Shown here piece after piece: positions 25,454 through 37,480 of a stretch of DNA of 64,000 nucleotides. The position numbers and the translations under genes are program-made. This stretch comes from Octopus sinensis. Its lineage: Eukaryota. The notes under the pieces are model-generated. The model was not told the origin of the DNA. It worked only from the letters and a program-made list of their open reading frames with translations, and did no database searches. The stretch is taken from assembly GCF_006345805.1 (NCBI RefSeq), contig NC_043005.1, positions 106,206,001-106,270,000 of the forward strand, read 5' to 3'. The first letter of the stretch is position 1; the number at the start of each line of letters is the position of its first letter.

Positions 25454-26366
25454 ATATATATATATATATGTTTGTGTGCATGTGTTTGTACGTGAGTATG
25501 CGTGTGTGTATGCATGCTTGTGTGTGTATATATATATATATACACACAACAGCTTTTACTCTGACATATACACTCACACATATGTACCCACACATGCACA
25601 ATAGAACATAGAATAACCAGTCTATCAATATTTTTCATTGCAGTTGCTGTGATTCCCTTTTGATTCACACACCCCTCTTTCTCCCCGCACCACTCTCATT
25701 TCCTTTTTTTCCGTTCTTTTTCTCCTCCCTCCAACCCTCGCCACTTCCTCACTTTTCTGCTCATTTCTTTATTCTTTTCTCTCAATAAAATATTTAATTT
25801 TATTTCTCGGCTATATTTAATTCAGTCAACGAATTCACTGGCCTTTCTTCTTACTTTGTCAGAACGAGTTTCTACTGTAACCACAAGGTTGCAAAGAGAG
25901 TTTTGTGCAGTGTGCAGTATATAGTGCAGACAGTTGCACTTTGAAACACCAATATGAACTAGTTAACACCTGCACATGTAGCAATGTACTAATGCTTAAG
26001 TGTGAGAACTATAGCAAAGCAAGGGAATGTGCCACATCTGCAGGTGATTGAGGGGAGGGGAAGGGAGTTTCAAGGTAAAACAGGAAATCAAAGTCGTACA
26101 TAATTTTCCATGCGTTTATAGGTTGATATGTATAAATATATACCACTATCGTCATCACTGTCGTCATCACCATCGTCATCACTGTCGTCATCACCATCGT
26201 CATCATCATCATCAACACCATTGTCATTTTCACTCTGCTTTTTAATAGTAGCATTGGGTGGACTGTATATATGTGTGTATGTGTGTGTAAATGTATGCTT
26301 GTGTACATTTATATCTATTGGTATATATGTATATGACAATGTATATACATATGTAAGTGTGGATAT

Positions 26367-26409
<43 letters not shown>

Positions 26410-27000
26410 TGTATGTGATAATACATATATATTTATATATGTATATGATAATACATATATATTCATACATCCATAAACACACACATATATATATTCATTT
26501 GCTCACTACACATACAAACACACACACACACACATACACACACACATACACTTATTCCTGATGCTAGATACAAAGCTCCACACACAAATACAAATTTACA
26601 TTTGTGTTACTGAAGTCTACACCCATGTATGTATATCCACATATTACAAGCAAACGCTCATATTTATACATATGTATATACATCTGCATGTGTGTATATG
26701 TGTGTGTATGTATGTATGTATATATACTTGAATTAAATAAAGAAATTCTGATAATATCTGTTGTAAGTGTGTTTATACTCAACAATTTTCTATGTGTTAT
26801 AATTTCTTTTTACACACCTCTGTATACACTTACAGAAATTTATGGCCATACCTGATTATGAATATATTAAACATACGCATATATAATTCTGCATATAAGT
26901 GTGATTGTGCACACATACACATACCCATGCACACTCACACGTGCACACACACACACACACACATACACATCCACGCACATGCACACACACACACACACAC

Positions 27001-27039
<39 letters not shown>

Positions 27040-27074
27040 CACATTTCTCTCTCCATCTGTTTTATCTCCTCATT

Positions 27075-27112
27075 CCTTTCTGAGAAGAGTATAGCCTTGA
27101 AACATGAAAGAC
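27075..27112 (+). ncRNA. Degenerate minimal hammerhead-like motif in a short element (27045-27178)
   Basis: CCTTT-CTGA.GA-A-GAGT atag CCTT-GAAA-CAT-G-AAAGAC, aligns with the 13.3-kb copy. Confidence 0.35.
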
Positions 27113-27183
27113 TTGTTCCATTTTTCCTGACTGTCAGACTAATACAGCCTGTTTGTAGTTCTTTTTGAACCATGTGTATTTAT

Positions 27184-27299
<116 letters not shown>

Positions 27300-27304
27300 G
27301 TACA

Positions 27305-27525
27305 TCGAGCAAGGTCGTTGCCAGTACCGCCTGACTGGCCCCCATGCCGGTGGCGCATAAAAGCACCCACTACACTCTCGGAGTGGTTGGCATTAGGAAG
27401 GGCATCCAGCTGTAGAAACTCTGCCAGATCAAGACTGAATCCTGGTGCAGCCATCTGGTTCGCCAACCCTCAGTCAAACCATCCAACCCATGCTAGCATG
27501 GAAAGCAGACGTTAAACGATGATGA

Positions 27526-27528
<3 letters not shown>
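27305..27528 (+). mobile_element. RTE 3' end
   Basis: Family UTR with (GAT)n tail. Confidence 0.85.
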
Positions 27529-27561
<33 letters not shown>

Positions 27562-27641
27562 GTGTGTGTGTGTATGTATGTATATTTACAGATAGATAGA
27601 TAGATAGATCGATGGATAAATAGATACATACATACACACAC

Positions 27642-27675
<34 letters not shown>

Positions 27676-27678
27676 AAC

Positions 27679-28375
27679 AGGATGTGGTGAATGAACTGTT
27701 GTCTAAATTATACAAAAGTGAAAATAACACTGACATCTCATTTTAATATATATTTACCAAAATTACATAAAACTATCTTGAGATACTAAAGTATTTCAAG
27801 ATAGTTTTATGTAATTTTATGTAAATTTATTCAATAAAATCGCCATTGGCATCAACCACAGCCTCCAGACGATTTTAGAATCTCCTGCAAATTTTCAGGA
27901 CAGCCTCCTTGTTTAAGTTGCTTGTTTAAGCTGCTTTCAGTTCACTTTTTGTTATTACAAGTAGTTTTGTTGGTCTCTCACTCAACTGCATCCAACACAT
28001 AATAATGAAGAGGGTTGCAGTCTGGGGAATTATGTGGTCAGATGTTAAACGTGATGTGATCAAAGAAATTGTCTGACAGCCGTGACTGGGTTCTCCTGCT
28101 TGTTTTGAATAGTGCAGAGTCCTGTTGCCAGACATAGGGTCTTCTAGCAGCCACCCTCTTGACCCAGGGCAGCACTTCCTCCTTCAGGCACTTGATGTAG
28201 GCCTCTGTGTCGAGTCTGATGCCATGTGGGAAGATGAATGGTGGCATAATGTCACCATCACTAGTGATCACTCCAAACACTATGATGTTGACTGGATGTT
28301 TGATTTTTATCCCTCTTGGTACATGTCCTCATACTGCACTGTCTTCAGATTGACACCCAAACACTCTGAAATGTT
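27679..28375 (-). mobile_element. Truncated DD37D (maT-like) Tc1/mariner transposon
   Basis: WQQD-SALFKTSRRTQSRLSDNFFDHITFNIWPHNSPDCNPL-H: 37 residues between second D and third acidic position (now H). Confidence 0.75.
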
Positions 28376-28470
28376 TGTATGTTAAGTATGAAAGTATCAT
28401 ATATTGGCGGCTTGAATTTTTTTACCTGTCTCCATTTATTTTATTCTCTTTCCATTTTTTCACTCTTATT

Positions 28471-28509
28471 CCTTTGTGCTGAAGAGCGAAAGCCCGAAAC
28501 ATAAAAGAC
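28471..28509 (+). ncRNA. Degenerate minimal hammerhead-like motif in a short element (28400-28612)
   Basis: CCTTT-GTGCTGA-A-GAGC gaaa GCCC-GAAA-CAT-A-AAAGAC. Confidence 0.4.
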
Positions 28510-28689
28510 TTTTCCATTTTTCCTAAGCATTAAACTAATAAATCTTGTTGTTGTTTATACATCTTTCTTCGTCTTTTGTTTTTCTGTAAATTTGAACTAT
28601 AGTTATATTCTTGTTTGCATTTGTAATTGTATACCATGTTCTTTATTTTTGTTCTTGCTGCCATATACATTCACTAGTTTTCTTACAAA

Positions 28690-29440
28690 AAGTCTAATGT
28701 TCTAACTTACTTCGGCTATTTACAGCAGTGCTTGGAAGGAAGGCGTGTAGCATGTGATCATCGCATTGACCATGTCAGAGAGAGTTGAGCAGAGAATCTG
28801 CATCAGATCTTGCCAAAAGCTTGGCGATACCTGCTCAGAGGCCTATGCAAAGTTTTTGAAAAGTTTTCATCGTTCTTGACACAATCAAGATATTATGCTA
28901 CTGAAACCTGATTGTCTTTTTGGTATGAGACACTCGTATCACACCCAAAGCTTCAGTGATAATGGACTGAACTGAACTGTAACTAATCTGCACATCCTCT
29001 TGATAATTTACTGATGGTGATTCGACGATTTCTCCTCACAGCTGTATGCACATCTGCGATACTTTTCTCAGTTATGCTAGTTGTGTGTCTCAGAACGTTC
29101 GTCAATATCTACAGTTTTTAACCATCTTTGAAACGTCTAAAACACTCGTACACTTGTGTGCAGCTCATACACTCCTCTCCATACACTTTCTTCAACTTTG
29201 TGTAGGCTTATGAACAGGTATCACCATGACAACTTTTCTGTTATGGTCAATGCTACAATCACACGCTACACACATTCCTTCCAAGCACTGCTGTAAACAG
29301 CAGAAGTAAGTTAGAACGTCAAAACTTAGTGCTCAGGAACAGCAGAGTTCAAAGTCAATCTCAGCCAGGTAGCTTTACACTGCATGCTTTAGCTTCGTTA
29401 CTATGGCAGTAGTCTGGATACTTATAGATCAGATATCATA
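28690..29440. mobile_element. Two converging 5' fragments of a mariner element
   Basis: Plus MSERVEQRICIRSCQKLGDTCSEAY; minus AYTKLKKVYGEECMSCTQVYECFRRFKDG; shared leader ttctaacttacttc...tttacagcagtgcttggaagga on both strands. Confidence 0.75.
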
Positions 29441-30030
29441 GCTGATTATAGAATTACATACAGTTAAGTGTGTTTAAAAGATTATATGGGTAAAACTTAC
29501 ATATATGCCCATTTAATATAATTTCCTGAAACACTTTATACATGGTTAGCTATAATGTCCCTAAACAAAGTTTTCTACATGGAAAAAAAACATAATTGGG
29601 GGAAAATAACGTGAAGGTTTAACATAAAAACTTTTTTCTAATAATTAAACAGACATGTAATTACATCTTTTTTGTGTTTGTATATTTCCTTGGATAAAAT
29701 GTCAATTACTTATAATTAAATAATGAAATATTTCAGTGCAATTATTTTCATGACAAAATTTGACATAGAAGTTCAGCTAGTTTATACATGAATCATGTAT
29801 GTGATTGTTTAAACTCCTTTACAAATATAATTGGTATGATCCCACTTATATTGTAACTAAATGGGTATATAATCTTATATAAAGATAGAATATTATAAGA
29901 TAGATTTATTTCAGTAAATACTACCACCAACATGGTTAAACTTTAAATATATCACACAAGAACAATAAAAATATAGGCAAGATATATTGACCCCTAGACA
30001 ATAAGATAGTACACAGAAAGTATATAAGTA

Positions 30031-30437
30031 TAGGCGCAGGAGTGGCTGTGTGGTAAGTAGCTTGCTAACCAACCACATGGTTCCGGGTTCAGTCCCACTG
30101 CGTGGCATCTTGGGCAAGTGTCTTCTGCTATAGCCCTGGGCCGACCAATGCCTTGTGAGTGGATTTGGTGGACAGAAACTGAAAGAAGCCTGTCGTATAT
30201 ATGTATATATATGTGTGTGTGTGTGTTTGTGTGTCTGTGCTTGTCCCCCTAGCATTGCTTGACAACCAATGCTGGTGTGTTTACGTCCCTGTCACTTAGC
30301 GGTTCGGCAAAAAAGACTGATAGAATAAGTACTGGGCTTACAAAGAATAAGTCCCGGGGTCGATTTCCTCGACTAAAGGCGGTGCTCCAGCATGGCCGCA
30401 GTCAAATGACTGAAACAAGTAAAAGAGTAAAAGAGTA
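30031..30437 (+). mobile_element. Family A SINE, full length
   Basis: Matches family head and tail. Confidence 0.9.
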
Positions 30438-32474
30438 AGTACATAAATACCAGAAGAATTTGACTATAAATATACATGATGACAATACCAAGAATAACTA
30501 TATCTGGTTTTCACATGATTTTTCAAAAGTTCACTATATGTGAGTTTGATATGATGTAACAGTTCAGTTTACATTTTTTAACCAACCACATGCATCCAGA
30601 AATATTAACATCACTTTAGAACTCAAACACGAAATCATCATTTCTGTAATCTTTTATAAATGTCTGAAAGAAAAGTATGCATTCCCATTAAAATAATTGG
30701 AATGTTAATGATTACACCAGTTTCAAATGATATGTATGGCTACCAAACAAGACCATCACCAGTGAATCTTAAACAATGAAGTCTTATACACATAAAATGT
30801 CCCCTTCTGTGGTCATGTTAATGAGGGATCCTTTATACTTTTGTTTGATCTACTAGAAATAGTGGTTCAAGCACCCTCAAATTATATTCTTCACTATTTG
30901 AAAATTTAGTATTTAATGTAGAAAAATGGTGAGATGGTCATGGCTAGAAACTACAATATTTTGCTGATCTACTTTCTGGAACTATACTTACAAGTAATAA
31001 ATGGACTGAATGTAATATCAGGAATTTCTTATGCTGCCACATTACCCCAAAGAATAAAGGCTCCTTATTTGATTAAATCAACCGCAGTATATTACATTTT
31101 CCAGCAATTCTAAAATATTCTTGATATCTACCTTCCCTAATTCTGTGTTCTGTATGTCTATTTAAGCAGATTTGAATCAGCCCTTCTACCAAAGCAGCAA
31201 TACAAACCACAAAGGGAGCATCTCCATGGTTAATGGACCTGCAAGAAATACCAACCAAATCTTCAACAAATCATAGTTTACAGTAACACAGCCCCATATT
31301 GAATCATTTTTTGTTAAACAACACTTCAGTGTTTTATTAAAATGAATTTTCATGGAAAAATTTCATGAAAATATTTGTTCGCAAAATATTATAGCTATAG
31401 AACAATAGTAAATATACAATAAATCTTAATATAAAATAAGTGCTTTGGATCACAGATATATTCTTTAAATATAATATTTTGTAAAATAATTTTATCTACA
31501 GGACAATTTTAAATATAGAATATTTAATATAAAATAAATGCCAACAGTTCTAAATATAGAAATATTCTTTTTAATATAATATAAATAATACAGATGGCAA
31601 CAATTTTAAATAGGAAATATTTTTTACATTTGAAGAACTTGTTGAAAAGCTGAAAGATGAACATTTACTTCAAGGTTCCATAGTTTATTTTGTAACCATG
31701 AGGTTTGGGCCTGTATGATTAAATTAATTCATGTACACATCTGCAGTGAATTAATTTTACACACACACACACACACACACATTCATGTACACATTTACCT
31801 TCGGAATATAAATAGAAACCAATTGATTATTGTATACAAATTTTTAAATTGGATATTTTATTTTTTTCAAATTAAATTTTGGGATGGCAAATCTATTTTT
31901 ATTTTTTATCAATTTTTTTCTATTTTTAAAATTGTTTCATAGATAAAATTACTTTACAAAGGAATGAATTTAGAAAAATTTTGCCTGATAAACTGTTTCA
32001 AAGTTTGATGTAAAGTAATTTCTTGAAGTGTAAATAGATAAAAAGTTATTTAATAAAAAGTAGTTCCATATAAAAAGAACATATTGGATGGTGTGGTTCT
32101 GTGCTGCTTGCTTACAGGAAAGCAAAGAGATGATCAGATATCTAATTAGTCTGCTTGATTATCAAACATGCAAACAAATTGATTATCTAAACAATAATAA
32201 GAGTCTCACTGTGGTTGCTTGAAATAGCACTTTATTTTATTTAATTCATACCCTCAAATTTAAGAAAGTAAAAAAAAATATTGTATACATAACTACATCA
32301 ATATCTAAAAAAACATAAAAATAGGGAATAGTCACAGCTGGAACGTCTTTGACCATTGGTCGTTCAAGCAGGATTGACCAAGGGCTAAACAGCAAAATTT
32401 GCTTCAATACATAATTTTATGTGAAGAATGAGCTTGCAAACCATATACCAACATGATATATATATATATATATA

Positions 32475-32704
32475 TTTCTTTACTACCCACAAGGGGCTAA
32501 ACACAGAGGGGACAAACAAGGACAGACAAACGGATTAAGTCGATTACATCAACCCCAGTGCGTAACTGGTACTTAATTTATCGACCTCGAAAGGATGAAA
32601 GGCAAAGTCAACCTCGGCAGAGTTTGAACTCAGAACATAACAGCAGACGAAATACGGCTACGCATTTCGTCTGGCATGCTAACGTTTCTGCCAGCTCACC
32701 ACCT
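32475..32704 (-). mobile_element. tRNA-derived SINE family B (copies also near 37830-38045, 44470-44695, 52446-52670, 61310-61490)
   Basis: aactggtacttaatttatcgacc...ggatgaaaggcaaagtc.acctcggc...tttgaactcag shared by all copies. Confidence 0.85.
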
Positions 32705-33135
32705 TTATATATATATATATATGTATGTACATACATATGTACATACATGCATATGTGTGTGAGTGTGTGTATATATCTTTTCCTGTCTCAAATTGATTAT
32801 TATAACAACTAATATCACCATAAAGATATACATTTGTATACATGTCTGTGTGCACATGTGTGTAGGTGTGGTGTATTTATGTATTCATGTATGTATCAAT
32901 GTATGTATGTGTGTGCGTATGTCTATGTGTGATATCAAGTCTAAGTCCATATATCATACCAAATCCTACATGGCTGATGGATATCATTCAGTATATCACA
33001 TGCAAGATATACTTCAGGATTTTGCCAAAAGTTGTTAGTAATTGCTTTTAGCAAATATACTTCTGATAAACTGAAGCAAAATTCTTCCTTTTTTTTTTCC
33101 TTCTGTATTTTTGGTTTATTTTCTCTTGCTTTTAC

Positions 33136-33240
33136 CGTAATTTCTCTTATACTTTGTATGAGAAGTTTAGCGTATCTTTTCGCTAACTGCCAACCGAATG
33201 AATGAAATATTGGAGCCCTAAGTCGTTTAATCGAAAGATG
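33136..33240 (-). CDS. Candidate 105-nt exon HLSIKRLRAPIFHSFGWQLAKRYAKLLIQSIREIT
   Basis: Acceptor ttctttcaccaag, donor ACG|gtaaaa, phase 0/0, compatible with the exon at 35059-35225. Confidence 0.3.
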
Positions 33241-33339
33241 CTTGGTGAAAGAATTGCATATTGATTGAAAAAAGAAACAAAAATAAATGAATGAATAAAT
33301 AATAAAGAAAATAAAAGATGATAAAATACATAAATAAAA

Positions 33340-33860
33340 ATTGTTCATCATCATCACCATCGTCATTATCATCATCATCATCATCATTATTCTTTTATTT
33401 CTTTTTTTATCATCTTACACATCATCTTTTGTCATTCTTTTCTCAAGCATCCTCATCATTACCAGTACCATCGTTGTCATCATTATGACGAAAATCCCCT
33501 AACCTTATTCATGGTCATTTTTATTTTCATTATTGCTATTCTCATCATCAGCATCATCATCACTGTTATTGTCAGTAGCAGTATTGTTGTTATTGCAGTT
33601 GTCATTGTAATCATCATCATTATAATCATCATCACCATTATCATCACCACTCTCGTTGTCATTGTCATCATCATTGCCCTCCTCCTCGTTGTCCTCATCG
33701 TAATCATCACCGTCATCACAGTTGTCATCTCCGTTGTCATCATCATCATCGTCGCCGTCATCATCTCCGTCATTGTATTTGTTGTCATCACCACTACCAT
33801 CATCATCATCATTGTAGTGTCGTTATTGTGATGATCACCATTATCATCATTATCATCTCC
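33340..33860 (+). repeat. Degenerate (CAT)n/(CGT)n trinucleotide array
   Basis: Direct reading. Confidence 0.9.
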
Positions 33861-34559
33861 CTTGTTTCCACCACCCGCCCACCATCCTCAACCTTATTTC
33901 CGGTCCATCATATCCTGGAAGGGTAACCATAAAATAAAACAAATATTTATTCATTTACTCATTCATCTACAGATCTCTGAACAAAAGTGCTCCAACACTC
34001 TACCCCATCACCACTGTCATCATGGGTGACTCCCCCACGATCTCTGTCCTTTCAACCAGTTACAACAGAACATCCCCTTCTTAAAAACCTGTTGAAATAC
34101 CAATTGATCTAATCTCTCTCATTTTACCCATGTCAGTTACCTTCCACACACTGCTTACCAAAATATTTGACTCTTTCATAAAGGAGACTACAATAAATCC
34201 TTCCTGACCAACCTAGTAATACCTTTTAAAGATTTAAAATGCATCATTAATTTGCATCTATTGTCAATTAAATTTTTGTTATTCTGCATTCTAGGGGACA
34301 GGAAATTTCCAGTACGTTCTTTCTGCACCCACTTACTTAAATGCTGGTAGAAGACATAACCAATGTATGGTTGCTCAATCTGCAAGAAATAGTAACCATA
34401 TCAGTATCAAATTACAGAGTACCATTCTGAGGTACACTGGATATGTAGATCCATATATATAAATATCTGATCTTTCTTTCTAGGTTCAGCCATCGTCCGC
34501 ACAACATCGATATTCCTCTCTGTGCCTGTGAAATCTTGTATCTCTGTCATAAGGCTTCA

Positions 34560-34887
34560 TTTCCACACATGTCAGCTTAATTCAATTCGTCCTTAGTCGA
34601 AAGACACCTGTTGTTATGTCCTGTTACTATTTTTTTGTATTTATGTAACATTCTCCGTTTATTTTCCGTCCTTGTATTTGTATATATTCACTGCTTTCTT
34701 CCAAGGAATCTAATGCTCTTAGCTTAGTTTTATCTTTGGGCTGGCCAGGTTGGAGCAGTCTCAAGTATAACCAGCTGAAATTGCAAAGATAATCTGGAAC
34801 TTGACTGAGGAAAGAAATCTCTGAATTACTCATCCTTGTTTTCTTTGTATCGTCTGTCTGGATGTTTTGCGTTCTTGTCCCATTTTG

Positions 34888-34892
<5 letters not shown>
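34560..34892 (+). mobile_element. Pyrimidine-rich element ending at (TA)n, similar in layout to the hammerhead-bearing elements
   Basis: Ends ...gttcttgtcccattttgtattt-(TA)n; only a weak CTGAGGA core is visible. Confidence 0.4.
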
Positions 34893-34921
<29 letters not shown>

Positions 34922-35058
34922 GTAAATATATGGTACAACGAAGTACCGATATTTACTGGAAAATAGCGAACGTAATAATACGACGCTAATGTATAGCTTC
35001 ACCGCGTATGTACTAGCAAAAATGCGTGTGTGCAACAAACTTGAAAAAATTGTCTTAC

Positions 35059-35225
35059 CTCCAGGGAGAACATCTGAAAGATGAAATACCTAGAAAGGGA
35101 TAATATGGTACCGGTTTCAGATTTTTCAAGATATGTCTGCACATATATACTTGATTTATCTTCATCAGCCAACATATACCTCGACAACATTTCAAATGTT
35201 GCCGCATCAATGCCATTACACTCGA
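35059..35225 (-). CDS. Candidate 167-nt exon (V)ECNGIDAATFEMLSRYMLADEDKSSIYVQTYLEKSETGTILSLSRYFIFQMFSLE
   Basis: Acceptor ttggcgtttcag, strong donor GAG|gtaaga, 55 stop-free codons; weak by-eye resemblance to TSPN/laminin-G N-terminal domains. Confidence 0.4.
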
Positions 35226-35860
35226 CTGAAACGCCAAAACGCTGTGTGTGTGTGTGTGTGTAATGTATAGAAAATAGATATTGTATTCAATGCTTTGCTT
35301 CCCTGTTGGAATATCGTTGCTTATTGAGGACTGACTTTGAACTGTACAACACCTCTAATGAAAACTTCTTTGTGATATTTGGACTTTTCATGGAGCCATT
35401 AATGCACTTTTCTATCTGTTCTGTCATAGCATATCCTGGAAAATTGCATGCCTTTTGTTTTTGTTTACCCAAAGTGCCTTCCTGATGTAACAGATTGATA
35501 ACCAAAAGATATTCCAACTGTAATCTTCCCTTTTTGTCATTTCACTTTTTAGTTTAATGGAAATTTGACTGCTATTTCTAGCAGACTGAACAAACACATT
35601 GAGCAACAGTCTCATGTTTGTAAATAATTCTGTCTGACCCTATTTTTAATAATAAAAAAAGAGACAATGAGAAAAGCATAAAAAAACATTTAATATTTTC
35701 TAAGACAATTATTCTTTGTCTTTCTTGTTCATTTTTCCTTCTTTTTCTTCCAGGAGTGGAAAATGTAGAGGGAAAAGTGTATATCCCTCAGTTTTGGATA
35801 TTATATACCTTATAGTTTTAAAAGTTTTGGAAACTATAGTCTTATAACTTTTGTAGCTTA

Positions 35861-37184
35861 CTCTCTCTTTTACTTTTTTACTTGTTTCAGTCATTTGAGT
35901 GTGGCCATGCTGGAGCACCACCTTTAGTCGAGCAAATCGACCCCAGAACTTATTCTTTGTAAGCTTAGTACTTATTCTATCAGCCTCTTTTACCAAACTG
36001 CTAAGTTATGGGGATGTAAACACACCAGCATCGGTTATCAAGTGATGTTGGAAGGGGGGGGGCAAACACAGACACATAAACATACACGTACATATACATA
36101 TACATATATATAAATATATATACATCATCATCGTTTAGCATCCGCTTTCCATGCTAGCATGGGTTGGACGGTTCAACTGAGGTCTGGGAAGCCAGAAGGC
36201 TGCACCAGGCCCAGTCTGATCTGGCAATGTTTCTACGGCTGGATGCCCTTCCTAAAGCCAACCACTCCATGAGTGTAGTGGGTGCTTTTTACGTGCCAGA
36301 CGAGGCTGGCAAACGGCCACGATCGGAAGGTACTTTTTACGTGCCACCGGCACGAGGCCAGTTGGGGCGGCGTTGGCAATGGCCACGTTCAGATGGTTCT
36401 CTTACGTACCACCGGCACTGGTATCACAGCTGCAATTTCCATTGATGTTGATCGATTTTGATTTGGATTTGGATTTTCACTTGCCTCAACAGGTCTTCAC
36501 AAGTAGAGTTTTGTGTCCCAAGAAGGAAAGGTATGCATAAGTGGACTGGCTACATCCCATGTAGAGGCCACGGGTTATGGTCTCACTTGTCCTGCCGGGT
36601 CTTCTCACGGACAGCATACTTCCAAAAGTCTCGGTCTCTAGTAATTTTTCGGTGAGACCAAAGTTTGAAGGTCATGCTTCACCACCTCGTCCCAGGTTTT
36701 CCTGGGTCTGCCTCTTCCACAGGTTCCCTCAACCGCTAGGGTGTGGCACTTTTTCACACAATTATCTTCATCCATTCTTGCCACATGTCCATACCAGCGC
36801 AAACGTCTCTCTTGCACACCACAACTGATGCTTCTTAAGTCCAACTTTTCTCTCAAGGTACTTACACTCTGTCGAGTATGAACACTGACATTACACATCC
36901 ATCGGAGCATACTGGCTTCATTTCTTGCGAGCTTATGCATATCCTCAGCAGTCACGGCCCATGTTTCACTGCCATGTAGCATGGCTGTTCGTACACATGC
37001 GTCATACAGTCTGCCTATATGACAGGCTTCTTTCAGTTTCCATCTACCAAATCCACTCACAAGGCTTTGGTCAGCCCGAGCCTATAGTAAAAGACACTTG
37101 CCCTAGGTGCCACGCAGTTGGACTGAACCCGGAACCATGTGGTTTGTAAGCCAGCTACTTACCACACAGCTACTCCTATGCCTA
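35861..37184 (-). mobile_element. Family A SINE split by an RTE insertion
   Basis: 3' half 35861-36120, head 37016-37184. Confidence 0.85.
36122..37015 (-). mobile_element. 5'-truncated RTE-clade LINE with RT C-terminus and full 3' UTR
   Basis: LYDACVRTAMLHGSETW...EASMLRWMCNV...RRLRWYGHVARM...GRGRPRKTW, typical RTE C-terminal signature; (GAT)n tail. Confidence 0.9.
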
Positions 37185-37208
37185 TATGTTATAGTTTTAT
37201 TGCACAAG

Positions 37209-37480
37209 GAAGAGTATATACCTTTCAGTTGAGGCCTGAATGTAGCCTATAGCCATGTTATAAGGAATAGTGTATTCCACAGTAGTGGGCTTTATGTAGC
37301 CTTTCGTTTGGTACATATAGAATGGTGTATATTACACAGTTGCCACATTTAAGCAGCCTATAGCCTTTTGTATAAAGTAACCCTGGGATTGTGACATTTA
37401 TGTTACCTATCGTCTATTGTATAAAGAATAGTGTACAACCTTCAACTGTGTAATTTATGCAGCCTGTATTGTGCAATATA
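37209..37480 (+). repeat. Degenerate ~55-bp tandem array, about 5 units
   Basis: gaat(a/g)gtgta-like motif at 37209, 37265, 37320, 37426; agcct at 37244, 37298, 37355, 37461. Confidence 0.6.

Noticed and set aside
31170-31280. Apparent terminal exon DLNQPFYQSSN...ARNTNQIFNKS*
   Set aside because: Overlaps the same repeat motif; no supporting upstream exon
34295-34431. Plus-strand AG/GT-bounded open frame GTGNFQYVLSAPTYLNAG...AQSARNSNHISIKLQSTILR resembling CP2/Grainyhead (FQYVL.A.T, TYLN.G, later IDIP) or alpha-2-macroglobulin MG1
   Set aside because: Its second half is a decayed copy of a common repeat (gctcaacctgctagaaatagcagccaaatc) also seen at about 31240, 35570 and 49975. The two protein matches are mutually exclusive and the CP2 match needs an 11-aa deletion.
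34795-34835. Hammerhead in the 34.6-kb element (CTGAGGA...GAA)
   Set aside because: Helices I and III cannot be formed in this copy
35540-35640. Minus-strand peptide QSARNSSQISIKLKS matching the 34.4-kb peptide, suggesting inverted paralogous exons
   Set aside because: Both are translations of the same non-coding interspersed repeat
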